From: Paragordius varius
Lineage: Eukaryota > Animalia > Nematomorpha
Direction: 5' to 3'
DNA length: 64,000 bases
Assembly: GCA_964247055.1 (NCBI GenBank)
Contig: OZ176058.1
Span: forward strand, 992,001-1,056,000
The translations under genes were made by a program, and so were the position numbers. Of this stretch, positions 13,973-27,900 are shown piece after piece; the stretch's first letter is position 1, and every line of letters starts with the position of its first letter. The notes under the pieces are model-generated. The model ran no database searches. It was not told the DNA's origin and saw only the letters and a list, made by a program, of their open reading frames with translations.

Positions 13973-15794
13973 ATGAGTTCAATACGTGTGCTATCATCTG
14001 AGTACACGGCACATCCAACCAGACAACAGCCAAACGAAAAATCAGCTGCTGATCCAACAGCTGCCCGTTGCTACCAGCAACAACCAATCATGTCCATTGC
14101 CATGACAACCACAGCTGTTCCAGAGGATGACGTCATGAATGAGGAATCAAATTCACCTCCTTCCTCTTCTATATCTACATCCTCCTCATCTTCATGCTCT
14201 AATATCATTAATAGATCAGTGGAGCAGCATAGCAAAGATGGACTATCAATCATTAATGGTATTAAAAAGAGTTGTTTTAACAACCCTGATAGCTTAAATA
14301 TAGACAAAAACAGCAGTTTTACCGATAAATCAAATCTAATGGCCACAGCAGACTCTAATGACTCCAAAAGTTCTGACACCGCACTTAAAGATGCACACGA
14401 TCGTCCTGTGAAGAAAAATAAAGTTATGCACCCATTTAACAATGGCCACCCCGTTTCCGATGGCAACCAGGCAGCTGACCCGTCTAATACCCATTCGCAA
14501 TCAAGTTTTTCAAATTTGGACGCTAAAATTTCATCCTCTACTGATATGGTAAAATCTAATGCTATTTCAATCAGTCAAACATTAAACAATAAATGTAATA
14601 ATATTAATATAACCAATACCAATGGTGTTTTTGATCAAAAACATCAACAACAACAACAAAAACGAAAAAATTGTTACATTTCTTCTTCTTCTACATTATT
14701 ACCTTCATCGTCTTTGGCCCATATGAACTCTCCTCCTACCTACGCTAATATTAATACCTTTAATACAAATTCAAATTTTAATAATTTTACTTTATCGACA
14801 AATGTTACAAATGATTCCGACAAACATGTTTATGCCAATACCGTTTCGTCTGCCACCACAGTATCACGTGATTGGGCACATGGGCCGGCGCAGACGACAA
14901 GCTTAACGGTAACCAAATCATTACCCTTATCGATAAATTTGTCGTCGGCTGCATCACCACATCTCTATGACGCATCATCTGACAACCAAAAAATGGTGGT
15001 TCATAAAGGTCCAACAAACCACTTTACTCCAAATTCAAATGACACCAAAGATAATGGCAACTCTCTAACTTACATGAATCGAAATGTTGTTGAAGATCAG
15101 CTGATTTTTTTAGCATCAGTATCGTCACCCCTTTCACCCTTTACCTTTAGTTCGCATTATGGAGGCGCAGGTGGTTTAACCTTACCTTCAGTGGGTTCAC
15201 CAATTGGCATGAATAGCACAGGCGGATTCACAACACATCAAACACATCAGCAACAAGCCTATTATAATAATATTAATTCGTTTTACACTAATTTATTGTT
15301 TCAACAACAACAACACAACCCCAATCTTAACCCCAAAATAAATTCCTCTACACCCTCCAACATTAAGAATGATTCATCTAGTAAAGATTTACCTAATCAT
15401 TTTACCAACAGCACGAATAATAATTTTTTACAGAGCTTTTATCCAAATTTTTCTGGTGGCTGTCAATATTCGTACCCAAACCCAAATAATATTAATACGA
15501 GTTTAAACAGCAATAATAATAATACTTCTTTAGAATCATCAGCTGTTGTTGAAACGCGTTTTGAATCCTCTGCATCTGGCTATCGGGGTCAATCACCGCC
15601 GGTTGCTATCTCCGTTACCACGGCAACCGCAGCGGTTGCTATGACAACCACGTCGACCAACAATGGTGGAACAGCTGCAGCTGTGAAACGTACCCGTCAA
15701 ACCTCCCACAAATTCAAGAACGAAATGTGTCGCGTTTGTGGGGACAAAGCGTCCGGCTACCATTACAAAGCTATCACATGTGAAGGTTGTAAAG
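13973..15794 (+). CDS. EcR: EcR-like coding exon 1: long A/B domain plus first zinc finger
   Basis: 609-aa ORF ending CRVC...CEGCK; donor AAAG|GTAGGT (phase 1) at the usual NR intron position after the P-box; in-frame TGA directly precedes the ATG; candidate acceptor TTTTAG| at 13892. Confidence 0.9.
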
Positions 15795-17307
15795 GTAGGT
15801 AGAGCATTTTTGCATTTATATTATATATGGAATTACGTCTTTTAAAATTTTACGGTTTTTTTTATATAAAAGTACTTCAAAATGTAGAAAAACAGTTTAA
15901 AGGTTATAAAATTTAGTGTTTTGCGGTTTAATTAATCAACTTTGATATTTTAATTAAAATGTTTTTTGAATTCCCAAATTATATTTGTTTTATTTGGTTT
16001 CTTTTTTAATAAATAAGTTCTCATCGAGCTATAGACGTGTCATTTAAAAATTATAAATACAACTTATATTATTGAAGTTAATTTTAAAATTATTTATTAG
16101 AAACTATTGAATTTAATATAAATAAATTTTTAATCTAGAGAGATATAATGTAATACGTGATTGATTTTATAGTCATTTTTTTCAAAATTATAACCAAAAA
16201 ATGTACGTGTGTGTAAACAAGTAGAATAAAAATATATTTTTTGTTTTGTTTTTATCAATATATATCTCTAACAATCCATTTATTTATATATTAGCATTAG
16301 CGCTTTTATATTTGGCTATTTAAGATTGATTTCAACAAAATATGTTTTCCTTTTTTATCAGCTGATTTTCTTTGTTGGAAATTTTTAATTATTTGTAATA
16401 ATTGTAACATATCAATTAAATTTTAATTTGTTTTTTTATTAATTGTTTTAAATTATTTTTTTGTGCTGTTTAAATAAATAATTTAGTTTGAAGTTTTTTA
16501 AATTAAACTTCATAGTAAAGACATTATTATTGGAATTTATAGAGCATTTTTTTGGTGTTAATATCTTTTTTTACATTATATGTCATATAAAATTTCATAA
16601 ACTCAATGTAAATGTTCTTTAAACCAATATTACAGTATGCATATTAATGGTTGCTTATTTCACACAAACTATAGTGGGCAATTTGTAAGACAACAGTAGT
16701 GTATGGAAAAAAACAACAAATGTGTTGAATAAACAATTAGTTCCTTTCTTTTTGCATACACTACTGTCCTGTGTTGCAAATTGCACAACTATAGTGTGTT
16801 TGAAATAAGCAACCAATAAAATGCATACATACTGTAATATATTTTACATAATATAAAATTATTATAAAAAAACAAATTTTTTTACCTGTTGTTGCGTTTT
16901 TTATAACAAATACAAAACAAATAAAAGAGTTATTTATATTCTGTTGGACATAAATATAATATATGCCACAACAAAGTTTATGTTAAAAAAAGTATACTTT
17001 TTCATTGTTTTTTTACTTTTACAGCAGTGTATGGAAGAGAGTAAAGTTTGTCCATTTAATATACAAATGATATCTTAAAACATTGGAAAAGCAATTTTTA
17101 ATATTAACCGGTTGTTTTTAGCCATACACTACTGTGTATATGTATAGAGACATACAATGTCTAGCATTTTTACTAATATAGGCTATCTCAAACAAAATGC
17201 TTATTATTATGCAATGAAATATATTTTTTTATATGTTAGAAATATAATACCTTTCCTATTTCATTTTTATAATATCAACTATTTCTATGGCAATTTTTTT
17301 ACTGTGT

Positions 17308-17350
<43 letters not shown>

Positions 17351-20300
17351 TGTCATATATGTATATGTAATGAAAAATTGTTTAAACAAACTTTTATCTT
17401 TTTTGCCAAAGTATTTGGTTTTAAAAATGGTATATAAAAATATTCGTTTGATCATAGAGACATTTTGTTTAAATAATCGAGAAAAATAAATCATTTAATA
17501 AGTATCCTAGTACTAAATAAAGACCCTATAACCAATATATTTCTCTTAAATGCTGTAAATTTACTACAGTCATGTATCCTTTATTTTATCAAAAATTATT
17601 TTTTTTTCGTTAAATGTGGGTTTAAATATTTGGTAAAGAATGGAAAAAATAAGAGCTCTATGGTATTAACAATAACATATTCATAAAAAAGTACAAGAAT
17701 TACCATAGTGCTCTTGTTTTTTTCATTCTTTACCAAATATTTATATTCATTTAACGTAAATAAATTTTACATAAAATAAAGGATTGACTATATTTTTGAC
17801 ATTTGTTTAGTAGAAAGTTTTTTTATATTTAGAAAAATTACATATTTTTATAAGACTATATGGAAAGTTTTTCAAAAAATATGCAATGTTTAACCCCTTT
17901 TCCCCCTATTTTGAACCCAAATTTATTGTTATATACCCTTTTTGTATCAAGATTTACGATGAATTTTACCGATAAAACTATTAAAACTAAAAGACAAATA
18001 TTTCATTTATAAAAGACAACCATATTTTTTAAACTTGATGATTATTTTACTATGCATTTTAATGGTTGCTTATATAGTACACTATAGTAGGGTAATTTGC
18101 AACACACTAGTATATAAAAAACGCATCAAAATATTGAATAAACCATCTTTTCTTTTATTTCATACACTACTGTTGTGTTGCGAATTGCCTTACATATCGT
18201 TTTGGGTATCGAAATAGCATATGATAATACATTCTCAATTACAATATGAGTAAGTATACATTGCTAGAAAGTTATTAATTAGGGCAGTTTTCCTTATAGT
18301 TTTTTTTCACTTTTTACTCTTTTATTAGCCAATAATACTGCCCTTTGTTGTATAATTTATTTGAGACTGATTTTCAATTCAAGGGTGAATTTGAATTATA
18401 AATGGTATAGATAGATAATGTATGAAAAATTAATGTTTAAAAAAGTATGGTTGTCTTTTGTAAAAAAATATTTGTCCTAAAGTTTTTCTATTTTGTCCGC
18501 ATAAATTCAAGTTTAAAAGGAGTGTTTTGACCTACTCTATAAAAATGCGTATGTATTTCCATAAGAAATATTGATTTTTTTTGAAATGCCATTTTAGTAG
18601 TAGGCTTAAGCATTTTTTTTTACTAAAACTTGAGTGGATAAAATAAAAAATTAGGGAATAAAATAATTTAATGTGGATTCACACTGCCCTTGAACTAATA
18701 AGAAATATATTTTTTATTTGAAATTTTAAATATAATATTTCAAATTTTCGTTTATAAAATATGGGTATAATATAATTGCTGGTTTATTCAAGTTGTTTAA
18801 TTGACACCACAGTAGTGTATGGGAAAAAACAACAAAATGTTGAATTATTAATACAGCAAAAATTGAAATTATACGGACAAAACGTAAATATATAAAGACA
18901 AACATTTTTTTCTAAAAGTCAACCAAGCATACTTTTTATTTTTTTAAAAATAACTTATTGTTCAATGGTTAAGTGTAGAATAGAGATATTTAATATAGCA
19001 CAATCAATTCTATGTCTTACACTTGTAGCTAAATAGCTTATATAGGAATAAATAAGGTTTAAAAAGTATGGTTATCTTTCAGATAAAAATATTTGTTTTA
19101 TATTTTTACATTGTGTGCATATAATTTTAATCTTTACTGTATTTTTACCTATTTAACATTATTAGTACTTTGTTTATTTAATTGAGTCCAAAATTAGTTT
19201 TTTATCATGCGCGCTAATGTATGGCTGATTGGCCAACTCTGATGTGAATTAGCCAGTAGACTATATAGACTGGTTGTCGTTTTACCGTAGCGTATCGGAT
19301 AAAAAAAATTTGTCCGTAATAAAATAAACATATTATGTGTTAAAACATTTGATAAACCTGTTTAATTTCCACCATTCGTTGTTTATACCAATATACAAGC
19401 CTAAATGTGCGTAATGTAATCATAATAATGTTTTTTAAGAGTTTTACTAACATTTGTGGTCAGGGTAAGGGTTAGCTTTTTACAGTAGGGTATTGGATCA
19501 AAAAAAGTTAATCCGTAAAAATAAACATATGTGCTAAACATAAAATAACGCTGTTTAATTCATTGTCTTATGCCATACGTTACTGTATATTCTGCTTTAT
19601 AAATTTTGCATATATCACACAATTTAAACCGTAAATGTAGCATATGATAAAAAACAACAAAAAGTTAAATTTAACATTTTTTTCGGATGCATTAACATAT
19701 CCTGTTCCATAACTAATTTTGGATCAACTTTTTTTAAACCATATACTACTGTATATATTTATCTACTGAGAATAATTTAGTTTTTCATTAATTATTGTAA
19801 GTTAAAGTTTTTACATCGCTTTCAAATCCTAATTATCCAATAATAATGCTCTCTTATATATATATGCAATTTAGCAATTTGCACATTAATGTTGGCCATA
19901 TCACATTATTGTTGGTCAATACGTAATACAATAGCGTATGATAAAAAACAAATTTTGTCTATAATTAAACAAAAGTTTATGTTGTTCGATAGGTAAAACA
20001 AATTGTAATTCCAACCATTTTTGTTGTAAATATCAACCTTAAAGTGTATTACACTGTTAAAAAGTATGTTACCCTTACTACCTATATCCAACTATTTAAA
20101 CCGTAAAAAATTTATGATTTTACTTTTTTTATCAGGCTGAGAACGAAAAGTAAGTAAACTAATGTAGGTTTAAATTTGCAATAGACATAGCTAATTATCA
20201 TATTTTCACTATCTATGTATCTTTATGGTAGTTAATGTTAGTTAGTTGTATAAACTTTTTTTATGTTTCTGGGTCGACGACGTATTTCGCTTTTTTCCTA

Positions 20301-21908
20301 TATTTTGCTATTCTCATATTTTTTCATGCCTTCCTGCCTTCGTTTTCTCCTCCCTCCCTCTCTGTGCATTGTTAAAATCGATTTTTTATTCTCTCAGTAG
20401 CAAAATCAAAAAAAAACTATAAACTACTACAGGGGTTTTCACAATACAATTTATCTATGTAGTTTAATATTTTCCATATTGATTTTCATATTAGGATATA
20501 TATAGATAGGCTAAAATTTTATGGTTATACATATAGTTTATCATAATTTCTAGGTTATCTACTTTTTAGTTGCTTAAAAATTATTTAAAACCCAACTTTC
20601 ATATTTTTACACCGTTGTCCTTATACTTGAGAGTTTTAGTTAATTTAAGGTTAAAATAACAGTTTTTTGGGGGTGAATACAATTAAATTGTAGTTATTTC
20701 ATGGATATTTCATAGATGAATAATGTTTTTTAAAAAGGTTTTAATAATGTTTGGAAAAATATTTTGGGAAATATTTTAATATCGATTATTAAGTTAGAAA
20801 GATAATTAGCAAAAAGATATGTATGAAAAAAAACTCATTGGTAATAATACGGAAATGTCAAGTTTTTCAAAAATATTTTAAAGATTTACCGATCATTTTC
20901 AATTTTTTAAATTTCAAGCATAAACCCATTCATTCTAACAAAAAAATGTGAATTAGACCATATAAAAAATGTATTAAAATGTATTAAAATGTGTTTACAG
21001 TTTTATGGGTTTGAATATTTTGCTACCTATTGATATATATATATATATATAGATTAATAATTATTATCATTAAAGTTGATAAAACTTTTTTAAATGACTC
21101 CTACGTCCCCCATATTTAAAGCACCATTAGAATATGTACCATTTACAGTTCAAATTCACCCTTTTTGGGAGAATATAACTCATCATTATTACGAAATATA
21201 TCTTTATGGCATACTTTATTTTTTTATCAGTATTATATTAATTTCAAAAGCCATTTTATTTTTTAAATATAAAAAATATAGGTAATTTTAATTTTAAAAA
21301 AACACATAATTTATTTTAGAGTGAATTTGTATTGTTCGAGGGTGATATTGAACTGTAAATATAATATTATTATTATGTTTATAAAAATTTAAGTTCTATC
21401 TTAATATTTTTACATGCCAGCCAATATTTGAGCTATATCAAACTATGGAACTTGGACATGGTATTTATTTTAAAAAATTTTATGTGCTTAAATTTAAAAA
21501 TCATTTTTGAAATAACTATAAAAAGTGTATATTATAAATTTCTGCCATCTATATATAAGAAGTGTTGTTTTTATAGGGTGATATATGCGATACTTCCGTA
21601 TAACAATATATTTTAATTGCGTTTATTTTCTATTATTTTATCCTTTGTTTTGACTTTTTTTCTTCTGGTATTTTTTAGGTAGGTTTTCAATTTTTTTACT
21701 CAAAAACTAGTCAAGTTTTTTTTTTCACATATTTTAATATATTTTACCTTTATGCATACGTATTTTCCTGAATGAAGATAGTGAAATTTACGTTTTTATT
21801 GTTATATAATAAATATATAATTTTAAACTTTTTTTTTCATTATTTTAACGCATAAATGTAATATAATATATAATAATTGTTATAAATATAGTTTGAATGT
21901 AGAACAAA

Positions 21909-21945
<37 letters not shown>

Positions 21946-24900
21946 TTTGTTTGTGTGTCAATTCCGACATTGTTTCAATACAATGTTGTTTTATGCGCAA
22001 CAATTATACATTTTTATTTTTTTATACGCAATAAAAAGTTGTTTAGCATAAAAATTTTTATTTCCGCAAATTTTTTAATCATTATTTTGAGAATTTAATT
22101 TAATTATAAATGATTTTTTAAGCGTTATTTAAAGATAATTTGAATTAACTTGATACATAAAATTTTAGGTTTATATAGTTTTAGAGGTTGTATTAGGAAG
22201 GAAGGAATTGGATAAGAATCAATCTATGTTTATGATATTAAAAACATATATTACCCTTTTTAGGGTGGTTTATGACCCCTAGAACAATTTTGAATTTATC
22301 TATTTTAACATCTTAATATTTGAAGATATGTGGTATTTTGGTGAGTTATGGTAAACCAAATTTTTTATTTAAAAAAATTGGGGGTCAAATGCCATATATA
22401 TGAGAGAATAAACTAAATATGCTAAACAGCCTGATATGAATATTTTTGTCTAATTTTAGCTTTATCGCAAAGACTATTTGAAATTTCTAAAGTTATTGTT
22501 TTTATTTAAAAAGCTTGACAATGGTTATAATCGATAAATATTAACAATTGCATTAATACTGTTTTTTAAGCTCACTTTTTATTAAATTACCACCTGATAC
22601 TAAGAACAACTTATAAATATTAAAGAAATTCAAGGGTTCATAAGATATTTTTATTAATATTGATACAGTAAAGAGCAATATTATTGACCATATTTCTATT
22701 ATTCACTGTATGTATTTAAATGGTTGCTTATTTCACAATATAGATGGTCAATTTACACAGTAGATCGAAAAAAACAACAAAATAGTCAATATTAACAGAG
22801 TGTGATAAAAAAAATGTTTGTTAATTCAACATTTTGTGGGTTTTTATACGCCGCTGTGTTTTGAATAGATCAACTATAGTGCCAAATACAGTATGATTAA
22901 GTATATATATTGCTAGAAAGTTAATAATTGCCAAATAGCATATGCTGCAAAGAGACTAATTATTGGCTAGAAAAATTACTATACGCCAATAATACTATAC
23001 TTTGTTGTATATTTTGCATTAATTAATAACTTTCTAACAATGTATTCGTACGCATACTGTAATAAGCAATCATCAAAATGCATATTTAGAATATATAACC
23101 AATGAAAACGATAAATCAAATAACCATACCAACAGACGTGAAAATAAACTTTTAAACCATTCAAAACACTTAAATAGCCAATACTAGCTTTCTTTACTGT
23201 AGTATAATGTAATTAATTTATCGTTAACATTAACTTTTTATTTTAATAGTTATCTGCTTTTTGGTGCATTTTGGTTTTTTTATTTCTGACCTGTTCTGGT
23301 TAAATCACGACAAAAAATTATTTTCTTTTACTGTAAAATATTCCATAGGTAATGCAATATTGTCATATATATATATATATATATACCATTTACAGTTCAT
23401 ATTCATTCTTGATCAATTCAAATTCGCCCTAAATATAAATTATGTGTTTCCAAACTAATATTACTTATTAATAATTTAAAATATATATTTATGGCATAGT
23501 TAATTATTTTTCCAGTATTATTTTAATTTAAAACAAAATTTTATTTTTTAATATATATAAAAATATAGGTAATTTTTAATCTTTAGAAAACATATAATTT
23601 TAGGGATATTTAATTTTTATTTATCGTTATTTTATAGAATATATTTTAATGTTAAGGTCAGCAGTTGAATGGTTAGGCGTGTTTTTTTTCACGTACTTTA
23701 ACCTTTAACCTAAACAACACACCATTTTTTCGTTTATTATTATTATAATAACTGTTTATGTATATTATTATCAAATTAAATTATTATTTTTTTTCGATTT
23801 TGTTTTCTTTTCAATTTAAAAAAAATTATTTAATTTCAATATTTTTAAATTAGCAATAAAAATAAAATATTATTTATTTTTTAAAACAAAAAAATATATT
23901 GAATTTTTTAAAACAAAATTTCGTTTTCAATGATATTTAGTGAGACAACTTTAATATATTTTTTTATGCTTAAAAATTGACATTTTTAAATATTTTTCGT
24001 TTGTATTTAAATTTTAAAAAAAAATTTTTTTTGAAAATATATATTTTTACTTAATCTATAAAAATTAATTTATTTCAAAAAACAACATATAAATTTCAGT
24101 TACATAAGTCATTCAACTTTTTGCTTATATATAAATGAGATGTATAAATATTAAAATATTTCCGCTATTTACTTACTATTCAACGCGTAAAATATCCGCG
24201 CATGGAAACATATAAACACTATTATTACAGTTATAACTGTGTTTATGTAAAGGAATAGAAATAGAAAAATATGTATAATATAAAGAGTTTAATAAACTTG
24301 TATAGTTTGACTTGCTTTTGTTGTTTTTTATTATTATTATTGAGTTTTAATAAAGTTTTTTTAGTTTAAAATATATTAAAATAAAGTCGGATTTGTAGGG
24401 TTCCATCCAGGATATCAACAAAAAATTTTTTTAATATAATTATTTTCATTTGATAAGGGGTCTTTACATCTAAAAAGCTTAGTTTAAATTATAACTTTAT
24501 GCAGTGACATATATGAAAAAAGGGTATCAGTGTTTTATTACATCTTCTAGAATGGGCCTTTAATGGCAATAATTTTACATTATTATGCACCCGTTAGTGA
24601 TTATTTCACATACTTTAATGTAACAACATTATTAACAAAATTAGCCTGTGCCTTTGTTTTTAAAAACAAATTTATTTGGACTTAAGCCCACAAATTATCT
24701 TTGATTCCAAACTGTATATACAGTTCTGCTAACAAATTTTTATATTGTTATACAATTAGATTTTTATAGATATGCACATTATGTCAAAACTTTCATATCT
24801 TTATAGATATGCACACTAATTTTTTTGTAAAGGAAAAATTTTTTTTAATATATAGTACAAGATATGTGTCCATATATTTCTAGATTGGCACACATAAAAT

Positions 24901-27900
24901 ATATTTACCCACATAGACTAAAATTTTATTATAGGGACCTACATTTGAAAATTTATAGATGTGCACACAAAGTTTATAAAAAAGAATTTATAGATATGCA
25001 CATAAATTAAAATTTTCATACACATTATAGATATGTCTACTAAAACAAAAGTTTCATAGACATCTTGATGCGCAAAATTTTTTTTATAGAAGTGCACATA
25101 AACTATTTTCTTATTTTATAGATATTCACATAAACTAAAAATTTTATAGATATGCACACAAAACAAAAATTTATAGATGTGCACACTAAATCTTTTGTGA
25201 AGGAAAAAAAATGGTTTAATAGGGCATCGTAGGATATTGGCCTCGTTCTTTTTTCATTTATTTTCACTTTTTTTTTATTTTTTCCGCTTATATAATTATA
25301 TTTTTTAATTTATTTAGTATATTTTACAAGAGTGTTTTTATTTCCTATATATATATATATATAACTGTAATTAGGTTTAAGCATCAATTTTATATATGTG
25401 TGTTTGTAGTTCAATTTAATCAATAATAATTTTTAATATAATATATATATTGATTTTTTATTTCTGAGGTGGATAATTTTTACTTTTTATATAGAATAAA
25501 GCTGGGATTTGCTTTTTAATTTTTTGTAAGGGGTATTGGGTTTGTTAAATTTACTAATGATATAAGGTGTTTGAGAAATTTAAAGTTTTTTCTTAGTTTT
25601 AATCTTAGGGTCTATTTTTTACTGGAATTAGGTTTTTTAAATTACTCCTTTTGTAATGTGACTTAAAATCTCTTTTAATTACTTATTTAAAAATCTATAA
25701 AAAATTTGATCTAATATCAATTTCTTGAGGAATATTAATGGGAAGATATAAGTAAGATGTTTCATACACTTTTTGTTTGCTATATAAATCAGCTGTTTTC
25801 TATCCTCCCCTCCCATATTTTTATTGATTTTTTTGGCCTATCACCTCCGACGCGTTTGCGATCCTAACCTTTAAGGGCTAAATTTCAAGTGTTTTGTTTA
25901 TTAAATTAAAAATTCATTTTTGCCTTTTTAAAAAAAGGGGAGCTATGGCACAGATATATGAATTTTTTTATCATCTACGTATTTTATAGTATAAAGATTG
26001 TATCATACTAGAAATTATCCCTATATAATTTTTTGAAATAATGACTATATTTTGCCAAAAAATCAAATTTTAAGTTAGATTTAGTATTTTTTGAAACTTG
26101 CCAATGTAAAATATTAAGGAAGGAGGCTATTGGAAAACTAATTTGAGAGGCTAATAGTGTGCATTTACGTCATTGTGTTACATTCGTAATATAATTATTA
26201 AATGAATTATATTTTTATCTATATCAAAATATAAATAATGTATATTTTACCTTTTTTTAAAATTACCAGGTAGAACACATCAAAATTTGTATTTTAAAAT
26301 TTTATTTCCTAATAAAATATTTATATTTTTTTAACTTACGTTAGCGATTTCGGCAAACACAAACATCTAGAAAAGAAAATTAATTTAAGAACAGTTGAAA
26401 AAATTTAGGTGTATTACAAAAGAGTGTTTTTTTTATTTTATATATGAGCCCATATTATTATATCCAATAGACTACCTTTCATAATGATTTCAATTATGGT
26501 TGTTAAAATAAATACTCTAATTATCAATAACACCCCCCCCCCCCCCTTTAAAAAACTTTAATAGTAATAGGCGCGCATCTTATTTAGAAGCTTGGTAAAG
26601 CAAACATATTGTATTCTTATCAAATTAACATACATACTTTTCATTTGATTAAATGATAATAATGACACAAACGGGATGGTTTTAATAAGTTTTGTCTTTA
26701 AAAATTATATGTGTTTATGCATCTTATTTACATATTTACACTTTATTTGTTCTACAAATTACTTAAATATATCTTCATTTATTTTACAGTGTTTTTCCTC
26801 CGTTGCGTGGCCACGAATGCCCAATTCAATGCTTGTCACAGTGGAGGGAGTTGTGAAATGGATCTGTACACGCGGCGAAAGTGTCAATATTGCAGATTTG
26901 CAAAGTGTTTGGCGATTGGCATGAAACCGGAATGCGTGATATTGGACAGGCAAAAAAGTTCCTTAGCTGCGCGCTCAGCCCATGCCCACCCGAATGCGGC
27001 GTCGACCAACAAAATGACCAACAATAATTTAATGCACAATGGGACCACATCATCCTTAGTCAATTCTCCGCATACACCTTTGACACCACCCACAACACTC
27101 AATGACGGTCAAGCATTAGATAATACTGCTCGGAATGGTATGGGGTACAAAACGGCAAAGGGAAATGCAAATACCTCTCTGGCCCCAGGAGCAAATGGAA
27201 AAATATCTGCTCTTTCTATCATACAAGCAGCGAAGCAAAAAGCCGCCCTTCTCGGACCATTAACGCCAAACATTGGAGGGGAAATGAATGGCGTTAATAA
27301 AAACAATAATACCGACTTAAATTATAAAAATGGCCCTACGACAGAACTTACATCTAAGTCAACAACTATCAATAATTCTTCGTTAAATAAAAAGCTTAAC
27401 CATTTAACAAACGGAAAAAACGGTATCGGAAATGGGAAAACCAATAACAGACAAAATCACACAAAAGGACACACTCATCAAGCAGTCAATCTAGGTGTTA
27501 TACCTACCTCATCCCTGCATCATCGACATAACAATCAATATGTAGGCGGTCACCTAAATGGCCTAGATTTTGGAGCAGATACCAATTTTTACCTTGAAGA
27601 ATCGTACAAGAATAGTAGAGTTGTGAATGGCTTAGGCTTACAACAGCAGAGACCTATAATGTCACAAATGGTATCACCAAGTTTAGGTACATCCTGTTAT
27701 GTGAATGGTGGTGGTATATTCTCACAACATCCTAACTTTATGCTAAACGGTAATATACCAACACCTAACGCTTATAACAGCATGAACGTAAACGGAGGTG
27801 GTATCAACATAAATACCATTAACAATCAATTTCCCTTGATCGATGAGACTGCCATGGCTCATTCGATCATGGCCTCTTCTGGGGGGTGTCGGCCCACAAC

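Noticed and set aside
14071-15017. Antisense ORFs within EcR exon 1 (and 26759-27306 within exon 2)
   Set aside because: Shadows of the coding strand; no motifs or splice support.
24765-25190. Repeat-spacer pattern suggesting a CRISPR array
   Set aside because: Repeats are short and degenerate, spacers are low-complexity and partly repeated, and it lies in an animal intron.
26711-26789. Hydrophobic N-terminus of the 611-aa ORF (MFMHLIYIF...) as a membrane anchor or alternative start
   Set aside because: It is intronic pyrimidine-rich sequence upstream of the 26790 acceptor; starting here would omit zinc finger 1.
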